Part shown: piece by piece, positions 39,944-49,639 of the stretch
Numbering within the stretch: position 1 is the first letter of the stretch
Layout of the letters: each line of letters opens with the position of its first letter
Source: an uncultured delta proteobacterium
Lineage (GTDB): Bacteria > Bdellovibrionota > FAC87 > UBA2466
Assembly (NCBI GenBank): GCA_963778115.1
Contig: CAVZSV010000004.1
Coordinates: forward strand, 1,920,001-1,984,000
Direction of reading: 5' to 3'
Length of the DNA stretch: 64,000 nucleotides
Notes under the pieces: model-generated
What the model saw: the letters and a program-made list of their open reading frames with translations, nothing else
Database searches by the model: none
Told to the model about the DNA's origin: nothing
Program-made: the position numbers and the translations under genes

Positions 39944-41408
39944 GTTTCCCTCCAACACCAGGGGGAAGAGGCAGTTTTCCTCGCACCTTTTCGTAATGGT
40001 GCGCTAACTGCAACAGAGTGATCTCGTCAAAGGGGCGTCCGATTAGCTGTAGTCCGATGGGCAATTTTTTGGAGTCTATTCCACACGGCACCGAAAGGCC
40101 TGGCAGCCCCGCCAAATTAACCGGTAACGTGAAAATATCGGAAAGGTACATTGTCAAGGGATCCGAAGTTTTCTCACCGAGTTTAAATGCCGTCGTAGGA
40201 GAGGTGGGCGCCAAAACGGCCTGACACTTGCCAAAAGCCTCTTCGAAATCTTTTTGAATTAAGCGTCTCACCTGATTGGCTTTGAGATAATAGGCGTCAT
40301 AGTAACCGCTGCTCAGAGCATACGTTCCAAGCATGATACGAAGCTTTACTTCTCGGCCAAAACCTTCACCGCGACTTTTCGAATAAACGCTGGCTCCATC
40401 GGTTACCGAGCCCGTCCGGTGGCCGTAATGAACGCCATCAAACCGAGCCAAATTGCTGCTCGCTTCGGAAGGGGCTATCAAATAATACGTCGACAAAGAA
40501 TACCTCGTATGGGGAAGCGTGATGTCCACGCATTTCACCCCTTCGGCGGTAAGCTGCTTTATGGCCTCTTCAAAAGATGCTTTTACTTCCGCATCTACGC
40601 CTTCCAGCCATTCTCGGGGAACACCCACCGTTAAACTTTTTAGCGAAACCGCCTCAAGGCTCTCGGTATATTTGGGCACCACTCCGCGCGAACTCGTGGC
40701 GTCCCGTCTATCGTAGCCTGACATCGTCTCCAGTAATCTCGCCGTATCCCAGACGGTATGCGCGAAGGGGCCCACTTGATCTAAAGAGCTCGCATAAGCC
40801 ACGATCCCATAACGGCTTACCCTTCCATAAGAGGGTTTCATCCCGACGACACCACAAAGCGATGCCGGCTGGCGAATCGATCCGCCCGTATCGGTACCCA
40901 ACGATCCCAGACAGAGCCTTCCAGAGACTGCGGCCGCCGAACCTCCGCTGGAGCCCCCGGGAACGCGCTCCGTATCCCAAGGATTTCGCACCACTCCAAA
41001 AGCACTATTCTCATTAGACGAGCCCATCGCAAATTCGTCGCAATTGGTCTTTCCAATAACGATAGCACCCGCCGCTTCGAGCCTTTCTACACTGGTGGCC
41101 GTATAGGGCGAGACATAATTACCCAAGATCTTAGAGCCGGCAGTAGCCTTCCATCCTTTGACCAGAAAATTGTCTTTAATCGCGACCGGAATGCCGTACA
41201 GAGGAAGTTTCGGCATCTCGCCACTGCGCCCATCCAATTCAAGAGCCTTCTTTTGAGTCTCCGCCATGCGGACCTCCAGAAAGGCACCCAACTGAGGATT
41301 TCTCGTCTCGATGGCCTTCAGATAACCGGCGACAACTTCGGAGGGTTTAAACTCCTTGCGCCGGTAACCCTCTAAAGCTTCCTGGATATCTAAACGTTCG
41401 AATTGCAT
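39936..41408 (-). CDS. gatA: Asp/Glu-tRNA amidotransferase subunit A
   Basis: Amidase signature GGSSGGSAAAV..GTDTGGSIRQPA; SNLARFDG; RIMLGT. Confidence 0.98.
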   Translation of the reverse strand: MQFERLDIQEALEGYRRKEFKPSEVVAGYLKAIETRNPQLGAFLEVRMAETQKKALELDGRSGEMPKLPLYGIPVAIKDNFLVKGWKATAGSKILGNYVSPYTATSVERLEAAGAIVIGKTNCDEFAMGSSNENSAFGVVRNPWDTERVPGGSSGGSAAAVSGRLCLGSLGTDTGGSIRQPASLCGVVGMKPSYGRVSRYGIVAYASSLDQVGPFAHTVWDTARLLETMSGYDRRDATSSRGVVPKYTESLEAVSLKSLTVGVPREWLEGVDAEVKASFEEAIKQLTAEGVKCVDITLPHTRYSLSTYYLIAPSEASSNLARFDGVHYGHRTGSVTDGASVYSKSRGEGFGREVKLRIMLGTYALSSGYYDAYYLKANQVRRLIQKDFEEAFGKCQAVLAPTSPTTAFKLGEKTSDPLTMYLSDIFTLPVNLAGLPGLSVPCGIDSKKLPIGLQLIGRPFDEITLLQLAHHYEKVRGKLPLPPGVGGKHE

Positions 41409-41711
41409 CTAACTTCTCTCAACTACAGGGGGAAGCAAAAAATGGTCGGATTCGGTTTCGGGCGCATTCCGCATCAATGCCGGGGTATCTCCAAAAGGTA
41501 TCGGCATATCCTCACGAAAAGAGACAGCGTCTTTAGGCACATGCCTTACGAAAGCATCCGCCGGGGTCTTTAGTTGATTGAGTTCAGCGATATAACCAAG
41601 GACGCGGCCAATCTGTTCCTGATAGAGACCTACTTCATCTTCCGACAGTTCTAGACGAGCGAGGCTGGCAATCTTAAGCACCTCTTCTCGGGACAGTTTA
41701 GCGCCTGACAT
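41409..41711 (-). CDS. gatC: Asp/Glu-tRNA amidotransferase subunit C
   Basis: EEV.KIA.LARL, FRED and NAP....F..P.V motifs; directly upstream of gatA. Confidence 0.93.
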   Translation of the reverse strand: MSGAKLSREEVLKIASLARLELSEDEVGLYQEQIGRVLGYIAELNQLKTPADAFVRHVPKDAVSFREDMPIPFGDTPALMRNAPETESDHFLLPPVVERS

Positions 41712-41775
41712 AGCCCAGCAACATACCCCCTCGTCGCTAGCCACGCAACTATCGGGTTTACCATGGCGTCAGATG

Positions 41776-43449
41776 CTAAAACGACTTCGCAAACTCCAGT
41801 AGTACTTTCAACGTCAGCGAAATCCCCTTATACCTAGGGGTCAGATTGAGTCTTCTATAAATGTTCTTTAAGATCCGATCCCCCTCTTCTCCGACCGCTC
41901 GGACCTCTTCAGGCCGCGGATGCGACTTACCCCGGGCCTCCGACAAAAGGACGGTGAATTTGTTCATTTCGGCCCGCTCCGAATCCAGCATCACGTGAGT
42001 TTCCACGGTCTCTGATAAAATGCTCAATAGTTCCAGAGCCAACTTCCCCGTAATTGAAGATCGCAAACTCGCCAGGGTTAGAATATTAAACTGCCTTCCG
42101 TAAAAATCCGCCATGTACTGGTACCTGGGGTTGATACTCGCTTTGAAAAACGGAGAGCTAATCTGAAGAACCAGCTGTTTTAGGGCGAGCAATACAAAAG
42201 CCCTGCCGTAAGTGGCATCGGTGTCGTCCGGATTTAGTGTGCCCAAAAGAGCAGCGGTCTTTTCCATAATAAGAGCTTTCTCTTTGTAGGCAAAAAAGCT
42301 CATTCGACTGAACTCTTGTTCCAAACGAGCGATCCCAAAGTTGGTGAGATTCACTGGGATCTTCACGTTAAAACGGCCGTAACAACTAAGCCCTCGATCG
42401 GTCACCAAACAGGTCTCTCGATCACTCGCAAATTCCTCCTTATTGGAAACGACCTCGATCGCAAAATTAAGTGAGTTCTTAAGGATGTTTTCCATCCAGG
42501 GATCTATCATTCCCCAACACTGAAAAGGCCCCGTCTGCACCGAGCACGTTCGGTAGCTGGAGGCGTCGAGAGAAACTACGTCGCTCAATTGGCGAAAGCT
42601 CCCTTTGATCTCATTTCCGAAATCTAAACCCCAACATTGTCCGAGTTTCCCCACTTGCTGGCAGGCGTGTGCGAGGCCTACCGTGACAGACACCGGATCG
42701 GATCTGTTTTCCCTTTGCATTCTGGGAGTCGAACGAATCGCGGCATCGATTTCTGCGATCTTGCCTTTGGCGGGTGGGAGCAGCAGTTGGTCGAATTTAT
42801 CTTTTTCGTTCACCCCTCCGAAACACAGGGTAACCAGTTCAGGGGTGACTCCGCAGGCATAATAGGTGCCGACTCCAAGTGCGATGAACCGTTCGTTCTT
42901 GAGTTTCTTGGATTCCTCAAAGATTCGACTCCACCTCACTTGCCCCGGTCCGCCCTCGCAGACTAAATGCTTATTCGCGTTTTCTGGATCGTAAGCACAA
43001 ATATCGGAACTGCCCGCAGCTAGAAGCTGGACGTGCGAGAGATCTTTGAACTTATCGGCAATCTGGGCTGCTAGGATTTCGGACTGCTCGTCTCCCGCTT
43101 TGCCCCAACACTTCACCCGATTGAAACCGTCTCGCATCGCATCGATTACGCAAGTATAGTCTTTAAAACGCGCTCCCAGGTGAGAGCCCGTTACTATGGC
43201 GATGGGATTTTCTAATTTCATCTCGGGAGGAATGGGAAGGGGCTCACCGTTCGCATTCCAGCAAGCGGCTTCTTTAGTTTTAATCGCCCCTACCGCTTTC
43301 ACCGCACTTTCAGCGTCGGTCTCTAGCTTTGTGACCGGCTCGATGAGTGCGCAGACGTGGTCCGTCGCCACGGCGACTTCAGCGCTAGCGAATCCCTGAC
43401 AAGGGAGTAACACTAGTAGCAGTAAGACCCCTCTCCTTACATTGACCAT
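41776..43449 (-). CDS. Secreted RCC1/BLIP-II-like beta-propeller protein with a helical C-terminal domain
   Basis: Repeated [VL].[VA]G..H[AT]C...CWG units; signal peptide. ATG at 43449 follows GAGG. Confidence 0.72.
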   Translation of the reverse strand: MVNVRRGVLLLLVLLPCQGFASAEVAVATDHVCALIEPVTKLETDAESAVKAVGAIKTKEAACWNANGEPLPIPPEMKLENPIAIVTGSHLGARFKDYTCVIDAMRDGFNRVKCWGKAGDEQSEILAAQIADKFKDLSHVQLLAAGSSDICAYDPENANKHLVCEGGPGQVRWSRIFEESKKLKNERFIALGVGTYYACGVTPELVTLCFGGVNEKDKFDQLLLPPAKGKIAEIDAAIRSTPRMQRENRSDPVSVTVGLAHACQQVGKLGQCWGLDFGNEIKGSFRQLSDVVSLDASSYRTCSVQTGPFQCWGMIDPWMENILKNSLNFAIEVVSNKEEFASDRETCLVTDRGLSCYGRFNVKIPVNLTNFGIARLEQEFSRMSFFAYKEKALIMEKTAALLGTLNPDDTDATYGRAFVLLALKQLVLQISSPFFKASINPRYQYMADFYGRQFNILTLASLRSSITGKLALELLSILSETVETHVMLDSERAEMNKFTVLLSEARGKSHPRPEEVRAVGEEGDRILKNIYRRLNLTPRYKGISLTLKVLLEFAKSF

Positions 43450-43460
43450 AACTTCCTCAC

Positions 43461-45011
43461 TTACCCTTCTACCTTTTGTTTCAAAATCTCTTCCGCTTGC
43501 ACCAATAGAGAGATGAGCTGACTTGCTTCGTGCGCGTTCTCTTTTAGTAAGGCTTTCCATGTCGAACCTATATCCTCTACCGAAGGACGGAGTCGCTTAG
43601 TATCGGTAACCGTTACCAGCTCCCAATCCGTGACGAGAAGCTCTCCGATAAGCGAAATCTCTTCCAATAGCGCATTGGCCTCAGGCGATTGTGTTTTGGG
43701 AATAAGTTCTCTACTGGTTGCCGTTAAATTCTTCCCGATTTTTTCTAAATCGTCTTTTGCGGTACTTTCGATCTTCTGGCCGAACTTCTCGGTGGGAAGT
43801 CCGGTTACCGTTAACTCTTTGAGTTGAAGTAGCGAGAAAAAATTCCCCAAGGATGCAAAGGGGACCGCTACAAATCGATTTCTCTCTTTCGTGACAAATC
43901 GCTTTAGCACGCCTTTGGACTCTAAAGGCGAGGTCATCAGTTTCATACTCCTGAGCAATCCCGTACGTTCGGAGTAGGGCCAATGAGTGACTCGAGTTGC
44001 CTCTCTCTCGTCGTGCTCCACTAAAATGTGAATGGCCGGCCCCTCTTTAGGCGCGCCTCCGACACCCTCGCCTCCAACCCCCTCGCCTCCGTTACCTTTT
44101 GGTCCTCCGGGATCGTTTGTCTCGATGGAGGTGTCCTGTTTTTTAGGGGCTTTGGGAAGCGCCACCGGAGTAAAAGCAAGTCCAGAAGAGAATACGATGT
44201 CTTTGTGAAACCATTGCAAATCCGGATCCCTCACAAAGCCAGGAACATATTTTTCGGGTGAGCTGAAATAGGTCAAAAGCCAATTTCGAATGCTTGACGC
44301 CGGAACTATGAGAAGATGATTGATGTTATGGTTCGGCGTGGTTTCGGTTCTCTCTTTCGGTACAGGCTCCCCGCCCTCCACCGGCTCTAGGTATTGGTGG
44401 GAAAGCATTCCCACTAGACCCTTTGCTTGGCCTTTGTTCGTTTTGCGGTAAACGGGGCCTCCGCTCATTCCGTATTCCCCGTTGGACCCAAGAACTTCAA
44501 TCATGTAGGGAATATTAGCTATGAGTCTCCAAAATGCTTTTGGTAGATATACCGTCCCATTCGGATCGGCGCGTATTTCCGAAGCCCTTCTTGGCGAGCC
44601 CGCGATAACCAACCCTTCGTTAGCTCTTAGTTCATCCAAATCGAAAAGTTCATCAAAAGACCCGACGTCGTATTTCAACTTATCCACGACCAGTTCCAAC
44701 AGCGCTACTCCGAAGGCCCAATCTACGGCAACTAGTTTGGCTCCTACAATCCCCTGGCTCATGTTCTCGACGGTATGACAAAATCGTCCGTTCGCATGAA
44801 AGATTCCATGCTCTGAGGTCAGCGCGTAAATCTTTCCCCCTTTCCGAAATAGCGTTCCCGACTCCGCGAATTTCAGATTCATGTTTTCGCACATTCCCGA
44901 TCGCACTTTCACCCACGCATCGGCAGAGGGGTATTCCCTATCGACATCGGCCGAACCTCGACCGCACAAAACGATTAGGCTACCTACCAGTACAGCATTG
45001 AGGTATTTCAT
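43461..45011 (-). CDS. Secreted trypsin-like serine protease with an atypical Asp region
   Basis: SGTL..ALTSEH (His), VDWAFGVALL and GMSGGPV (Ser); signal peptide. Confidence 0.68.
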   Translation of the reverse strand: MKYLNAVLVGSLIVLCGRGSADVDREYPSADAWVKVRSGMCENMNLKFAESGTLFRKGGKIYALTSEHGIFHANGRFCHTVENMSQGIVGAKLVAVDWAFGVALLELVVDKLKYDVGSFDELFDLDELRANEGLVIAGSPRRASEIRADPNGTVYLPKAFWRLIANIPYMIEVLGSNGEYGMSGGPVYRKTNKGQAKGLVGMLSHQYLEPVEGGEPVPKERTETTPNHNINHLLIVPASSIRNWLLTYFSSPEKYVPGFVRDPDLQWFHKDIVFSSGLAFTPVALPKAPKKQDTSIETNDPGGPKGNGGEGVGGEGVGGAPKEGPAIHILVEHDEREATRVTHWPYSERTGLLRSMKLMTSPLESKGVLKRFVTKERNRFVAVPFASLGNFFSLLQLKELTVTGLPTEKFGQKIESTAKDDLEKIGKNLTATSRELIPKTQSPEANALLEEISLIGELLVTDWELVTVTDTKRLRPSVEDIGSTWKALLKENAHEASQLISLLVQAEEILKQKVEG

Positions 45012-46924
45012 GATTTCTCCTTCAAGAGATAACGGCTGCTACGAGCTTTCCCCTCGCGAATTATTTTCCCCTCTTCCAACCAATTCTTTAAAATTCTATT
45101 TACGCTACTGCGAGGACGCCCCAGCCATGCTTCGACTTGCGATCGTGTGACTCCCTCGGTCCACGGAAGCTGGGACCACGCACTTTCCAGCCGCTTACTT
45201 TCACTAAGGCGGGGCGACACCGATGCCGATTGCGCCTCGACAGGATCTTTAAACAAACGGGCCATCAGATTCTCTAAATCTTGATCGAGACCGGATAAAG
45301 GCATCGCTTTCTTGAATCGAATGCCGCCCCAATCTCCTTCCGCGAATACATGCCCACTTTTTAAACCAAACCTTAATTGATCTCCGACCAGGCCTTTCAT
45401 TCGCGATAAGAGATTTTGAATTTTCGGGCCGTGAATAAGCGCGTCGTAATCCGGGATTTGAAAGCAGACCCGCGAAAACCGATCGCAAGGCACTCTGGGA
45501 TTGAGACGAAGTAAATGAAAAGCCGCCGCCATTGAGAGAGAAATAGTCGGCTCTCCTCCATGCATGGGTCTTATTTCACCGGAGCCGAGATTAACGGAAA
45601 TCCTACCCGCCTGGCTTCTGCGGAAAGAGTCGAACAATACTTCTGCCAGATCCGATAGGTGTTTGGGTAACACCTTCGACTTTCCCATCGCATATTCCAC
45701 CATCTCTTTGAACTCCAACTCTTTGGAGTTCCATAACGGGTTGTTTTGTAAAGACATGAAATACTCCGCCGCCAAAGCTTCTTTGCCATCACGGATCGCA
45801 ATCAGGTAATGAATGACGAGACTTTCAAGTTTTAGGACCGGATAGTGCGCCCTGGAACTGGGTTTCAACTTTCCGAGGAGCCTATTCGCCGGAACTTCGC
45901 TGGAAGGATCGAAAAAGGAAAGCCACAAAAGTCCATTCGCAAACAGTTCGTGATCCTCCACGGTCAAGCGGTGAATGAATTGCTGCGGGATGAATTCTCG
46001 AAGAAGCAAAAGTATCTTCTCTCCGGCACCACTCTCGGGGGTCTTAAGCCAACGCCACACCCACAAATAAAATCGCTCCACGAACTCCGAGGGCTTTGTA
46101 AGTTTCTTTTCATCGGGATGGATCATTCCCTGCAATGTCCGTTGCCGATAGGCCTTGTGGTGCTGATAAGACGGCCCCATCGCAAAGCGAGATAATTCCT
46201 TTTCGGTGAGATCGCGGTGAAAAGCGTGGTAGGGGAGCTGAGATACCCACAAGGAAAAGTAGTATCCCTGGTCCACAGGCCCAGCCGCTCTTTTTCGCTC
46301 CGTTTCAAATAGTTCACGGAATTCTCCGTCGCGAAAAAGCTCCCTTAATTTCAATGCGGCGAGCTGCGATTCGGAACGGGTTACCACGGAAGGTTCCTGT
46401 GTTCTCTTTAGATCGGACTGAACTTCTTCTATCGCATCCGAATACGGGAGCCCTAAGTTCTCAAGAGTGAACAATAGATTTACGTCAGCAATCAGCTTTT
46501 GAGTGGGGCTGGTGACTCGATCCCGGGCTCTTAGATACTCCTCGAAAGCTAGCGTAAAATCGCCGGAGGTATAACAAGCCATGCCCCTGGCGTAGAAAGT
46601 CCAAAAGTTCAAGTTCCGCTTAGTACTTTTCGCCGCGGTCTCAATCCACTCCAAGAGTTGCTTTGCATAACCGTCATCGCCAATGCAGCGAGAGAGTTCG
46701 GCACTGAGACTTAGCACCTCGCACTCCAGCTCCCCTCCCTGAAGCAATATATTAACGACTTGGTTCTCCGTGAGATGGCCTGTGGGAATTGCTAACTCTA
46801 ATTTGATTTGAGTCAATAAGGCGGCCGCATCGTCAAACCGCAGATCGATCTTGGCATACCAAGCAGCGTAGAGCCTTGCTCTGGCATCCGTAGCACTTCG
46901 TGTTTTGTTTTCCGAATCGCGCAT
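45008..46924 (-). CDS. TPR-like/winged-helix transcriptional regulator
   Basis: Helical TPR-like N-terminus; YD..IH..KIQNLLSRMK wHTH-like segment; C-terminal TRSQVE..LG..RSSVNR.L..W...GKI.REG.AR..RY HTH. Confidence 0.68.
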   Translation of the reverse strand: MRDSENKTRSATDARARLYAAWYAKIDLRFDDAAALLTQIKLELAIPTGHLTENQVVNILLQGGELECEVLSLSAELSRCIGDDGYAKQLLEWIETAAKSTKRNLNFWTFYARGMACYTSGDFTLAFEEYLRARDRVTSPTQKLIADVNLLFTLENLGLPYSDAIEEVQSDLKRTQEPSVVTRSESQLAALKLRELFRDGEFRELFETERKRAAGPVDQGYYFSLWVSQLPYHAFHRDLTEKELSRFAMGPSYQHHKAYRQRTLQGMIHPDEKKLTKPSEFVERFYLWVWRWLKTPESGAGEKILLLLREFIPQQFIHRLTVEDHELFANGLLWLSFFDPSSEVPANRLLGKLKPSSRAHYPVLKLESLVIHYLIAIRDGKEALAAEYFMSLQNNPLWNSKELEFKEMVEYAMGKSKVLPKHLSDLAEVLFDSFRRSQAGRISVNLGSGEIRPMHGGEPTISLSMAAAFHLLRLNPRVPCDRFSRVCFQIPDYDALIHGPKIQNLLSRMKGLVGDQLRFGLKSGHVFAEGDWGGIRFKKAMPLSGLDQDLENLMARLFKDPVEAQSASVSPRLSESKRLESAWSQLPWTEGVTRSQVEAWLGRPRSSVNRILKNWLEEGKIIREGKARSSRYLLKEKS

Positions 46925-46932
46925 TATATTTC

Positions 46933-47745
46933 TTACTCTTCTTTGACCTGCTCACGTCGTTTCTCATCGAGCAGACGTGCGAGTCTAACGGCGTCGATGT
47001 AAATATCGTGGGCAGCTTCAATATCAATCACCAGATCTTTAATCTCTTTGTTGGTATTGTTCTTGGCGCTAAAGGCATTCAATGCGGGATAGAGATCCAT
47101 CAGCTCTAGGGAAATAGGCAATACGATGTGAAAGACTTCGGCGTCATCGGTAGGAGCCAAAGGGCGAAAAGCTTCTACTTTTTCGTGGACGTCAATGAGA
47201 CGCCTTGTGAACTCTTGGGCTTCTTTGCCAGGAACATCCTTCATAATCTCGATGAGCGAACTTAATCTTGCTTCAATGATGGTAAAGGCATTTTTCGTAG
47301 TCTGTGGCTTGGAGTAGTCGAAGTTGTACATTCGGCCCAGCTCTCTACCAATGGCAAATAACGTTTTGAACGCCGCCTCGGAAGCTTTGGGTGCTAAGGA
47401 CGTCACCGTGTTTTCCGACCATTCGTACATCCGAAGTGAGGACTCCAAAATCTTAAGGGGCCGACTGATAGATTCCGCCTTTTGGAAAGCTTCTAAAACG
47501 TCCTCGGCGGATTTTCTCAGGAAAGCGACACGAGAGTATTCCGAAACTTCGATGAATTGCTGGTGGATATCGATAATTTCGATCTGATTCTTGAGAAGTT
47601 TGGCAGCCCTGACGAATAGCTCGTTCAGATTCATGGCTACCGGTTCGTCAGCTCTAGAGAAACTTGCCCCTAGAATCAGCCCTATCATGAGCGCCCAAAG
47701 CGTGGGTTTGCGGAACGTGACTCGCTGGATTCGTATCGCCGGCAT
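46933..47745 (-). CDS. Secreted alpha-helical hypothetical protein
   Basis: SD GAGGGAG; signal peptide ending SRA. Confidence 0.68.
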   Translation of the reverse strand: MPAIRIQRVTFRKPTLWALMIGLILGASFSRADEPVAMNLNELFVRAAKLLKNQIEIIDIHQQFIEVSEYSRVAFLRKSAEDVLEAFQKAESISRPLKILESSLRMYEWSENTVTSLAPKASEAAFKTLFAIGRELGRMYNFDYSKPQTTKNAFTIIEARLSSLIEIMKDVPGKEAQEFTRRLIDVHEKVEAFRPLAPTDDAEVFHIVLPISLELMDLYPALNAFSAKNNTNKEIKDLVIDIEAAHDIYIDAVRLARLLDEKRREQVKEE

Positions 47746-47842
47746 TGGTTCTCCCTCGTTCTTCGTTCCTTCTAAATAATGCGCCGCATAAAGACAAGAC
47801 GTTTCTTCTAAATCATTTCGTATCTTCTAACTTCTAGAAGAT

Positions 47843-47953
47843 CAGACCACCGTCCGGAATAAGAAGATAAGAAGCAGCCCGAGACTCTAGAGATTCAGGT
47901 TATCCTTACGATTAACCTTAACCTTAGTGGCCTCGGGCTGCGGCTGTGGTCTG
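47843..47953. repeat. Long nested inverted repeat (~110-nt hairpin)
   Basis: CAGACCAC/GTGGTCTG, GCAGCCCGAG/CTCGGGCTGC and AGGTTATC/GATTAACCT pair in nested order. Confidence 0.7.
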
Positions 47954-47967
47954 GAGTGCAGACGAAA

Positions 47968-49008
47968 CTACGTTCCTTGCTTCAAAGGAGGTAACACCTC
48001 CCCCTCCTCCGTAGGTGCTGGCAACATAAACCCGGCACGCTTGCGAGGAGCCGGAGGAATAGCATTGCCGACCGGTTGAAAGTCTTCCGGACGGAAATAG
48101 AACTTCGCTTTATCGTCGATAAGCTTTCCGATGGTCCGATAGGCGAAAGGCCACGCTTTCTTGTCGGGTGTATTGGTGAACGGTTTCAAGAAGGGCTCCG
48201 ACCTTACCATTTGAATGCGAAGTCTTCGAAGCGCTTCTAGCGTTGGGAATGAACCGCCCTCAACGACAGTGCCCACTTTGACGTCTTCGATAAGTTCACT
48301 GAGCGGATTAGCAAAGTCAGCGTAGGAAGCATCCCCGCGAGCAAAGCTGGCACCCATCCGATCGAGAAGGCGATCCAGACATTCCACAAGGTAGTACCAT
48401 CTACCCTCGTCGTCGGGCATATGCCGCAGAATTTCCAGAGCCAGATCCTTTCGGAAATCAAACGTAGATTCCCCGATCGGATTCTGTTCGTAGCTGGGAC
48501 GGAAATCGATTCTGCCATCGTCCCAAGGAAGCGGCCGGAAAGCATAGTCTACAGCGTGCGGTCCAAGATCTACTTGAACGACCTGGACGTGCAGGTGGCT
48601 TCCACAATGGTGGGAGACCACGATCTTGCGAACCTCTCCTTCGTCGAATTTAAGGTAATACCATTGGGGCCATTCCGGAACGGCCTGAATTTCAAATCGC
48701 TTCGCACCGTTCTCGCGGTTGACGGCCGAGATCTCAATATCTCCAAGTGCACACCCTTGAGTGTTGGCATTGAAGAATAATTTACTAAGAGCTCTTGGTC
48801 CGTATGGAATATGTAATTCCTTTCTCTCATCGCGACGCAGATCAAAGGTACTTCCGGGAAGCGTTACCCGCTCAAACCCATACGGCATCTCTTTTCTCAT
48901 CGCTTCAAAAACCCAAGGGTTGGCCTGGGCGGAAGTGATAACTCCCGCGAAAAACAATAGGGCCGTAGCCGCAAAGCGACGGGCCCAAGAATGGCTATTC
49001 GACTTCAT
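47968..49008 (-). CDS. Secreted hypothetical protein (beta-rich N-terminal half, helical C-terminal half)
   Basis: SD AGGAGAGG before ATG at 49008; signal peptide ending AQA. Confidence 0.7.
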   Translation of the reverse strand: MKSNSHSWARRFAATALLFFAGVITSAQANPWVFEAMRKEMPYGFERVTLPGSTFDLRRDERKELHIPYGPRALSKLFFNANTQGCALGDIEISAVNRENGAKRFEIQAVPEWPQWYYLKFDEGEVRKIVVSHHCGSHLHVQVVQVDLGPHAVDYAFRPLPWDDGRIDFRPSYEQNPIGESTFDFRKDLALEILRHMPDDEGRWYYLVECLDRLLDRMGASFARGDASYADFANPLSELIEDVKVGTVVEGGSFPTLEALRRLRIQMVRSEPFLKPFTNTPDKKAWPFAYRTIGKLIDDKAKFYFRPEDFQPVGNAIPPAPRKRAGFMLPAPTEEGEVLPPLKQGT

Positions 49009-49306
49009 CGATCCTCTCCTGGTTAGACAAACAGACGCGAACAACTGCCGCGATGGGTCACGATTACGAATTCGAATCGACTAACTCAAACAGTAAAAAA
49101 AATTATTGAGACGATGAGTGGGAAGAAAATAACAGCCCCTATCGGAGGGGAGGAGACTAGGGAGCTAGGGAAATCGTATCGAGGGATAGCTAATCGACTC
49201 ATTTCTTCCCAAATAAAATGTTTACAGGCTCACAAACTCGATTGACTCGAAGCGTCACTTCCGTTACGGTCCCGTTCATACGTGTTGGGTTTTCCGCGGA
49301 GGGTTC

Positions 49307-49639
49307 GTGAGCGTGAAGGTGTTTTTTTCTTCTTGGCGGCTGCAAGGGTGGTGGCTGACGCTTTTTCTCTTCGGCGCCTCTTCTGCCCATGCCTACTTAC
49401 AAATTCAACTCTACCCCAAATGGGCGGTTCTCCTAGAAAAGGAATCGAAAGTCTACTTTCAAGAATGCGGGCTTCTTCCTCACTGCGAATTCCCGTTGGA
49501 CGCCATGGCTCCCCAGGAACTTCTGCAGTTTTGTGCGAATCTTTCTCAGAGGCAGCCTCCCGTTATCGTCTGGGGAGTGGGTTACCGAAATTGGGTAGCG
49601 GCTCATTATGGAGTCGCAAAACCTGGGGCCATTCTATGA
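49307..49639 (+). CDS. Tandem-family member 1: signal peptide plus N-terminal domain only
   Basis: AHA/YLQI..WAVLLEKE.KVYFQECG..L..C..LS...YRNW..AHYGV; TGA overlaps the next ATG. Confidence 0.7.
   Translation: MSVKVFFSSWRLQGWWLTLFLFGASSAHAYLQIQLYPKWAVLLEKESKVYFQECGLLPHCEFPLDAMAPQELLQFCANLSQRQPPVIVWGVGYRNWVAAHYGVAKPGAIL

Noticed and set aside
49282..49635. N-terminal 118 aa of the 600-aa ORF call
   Set aside because: Spurious extension. The signal peptide begins at ATG 49636, and the region is occupied by the 110-aa paralog in another frame.
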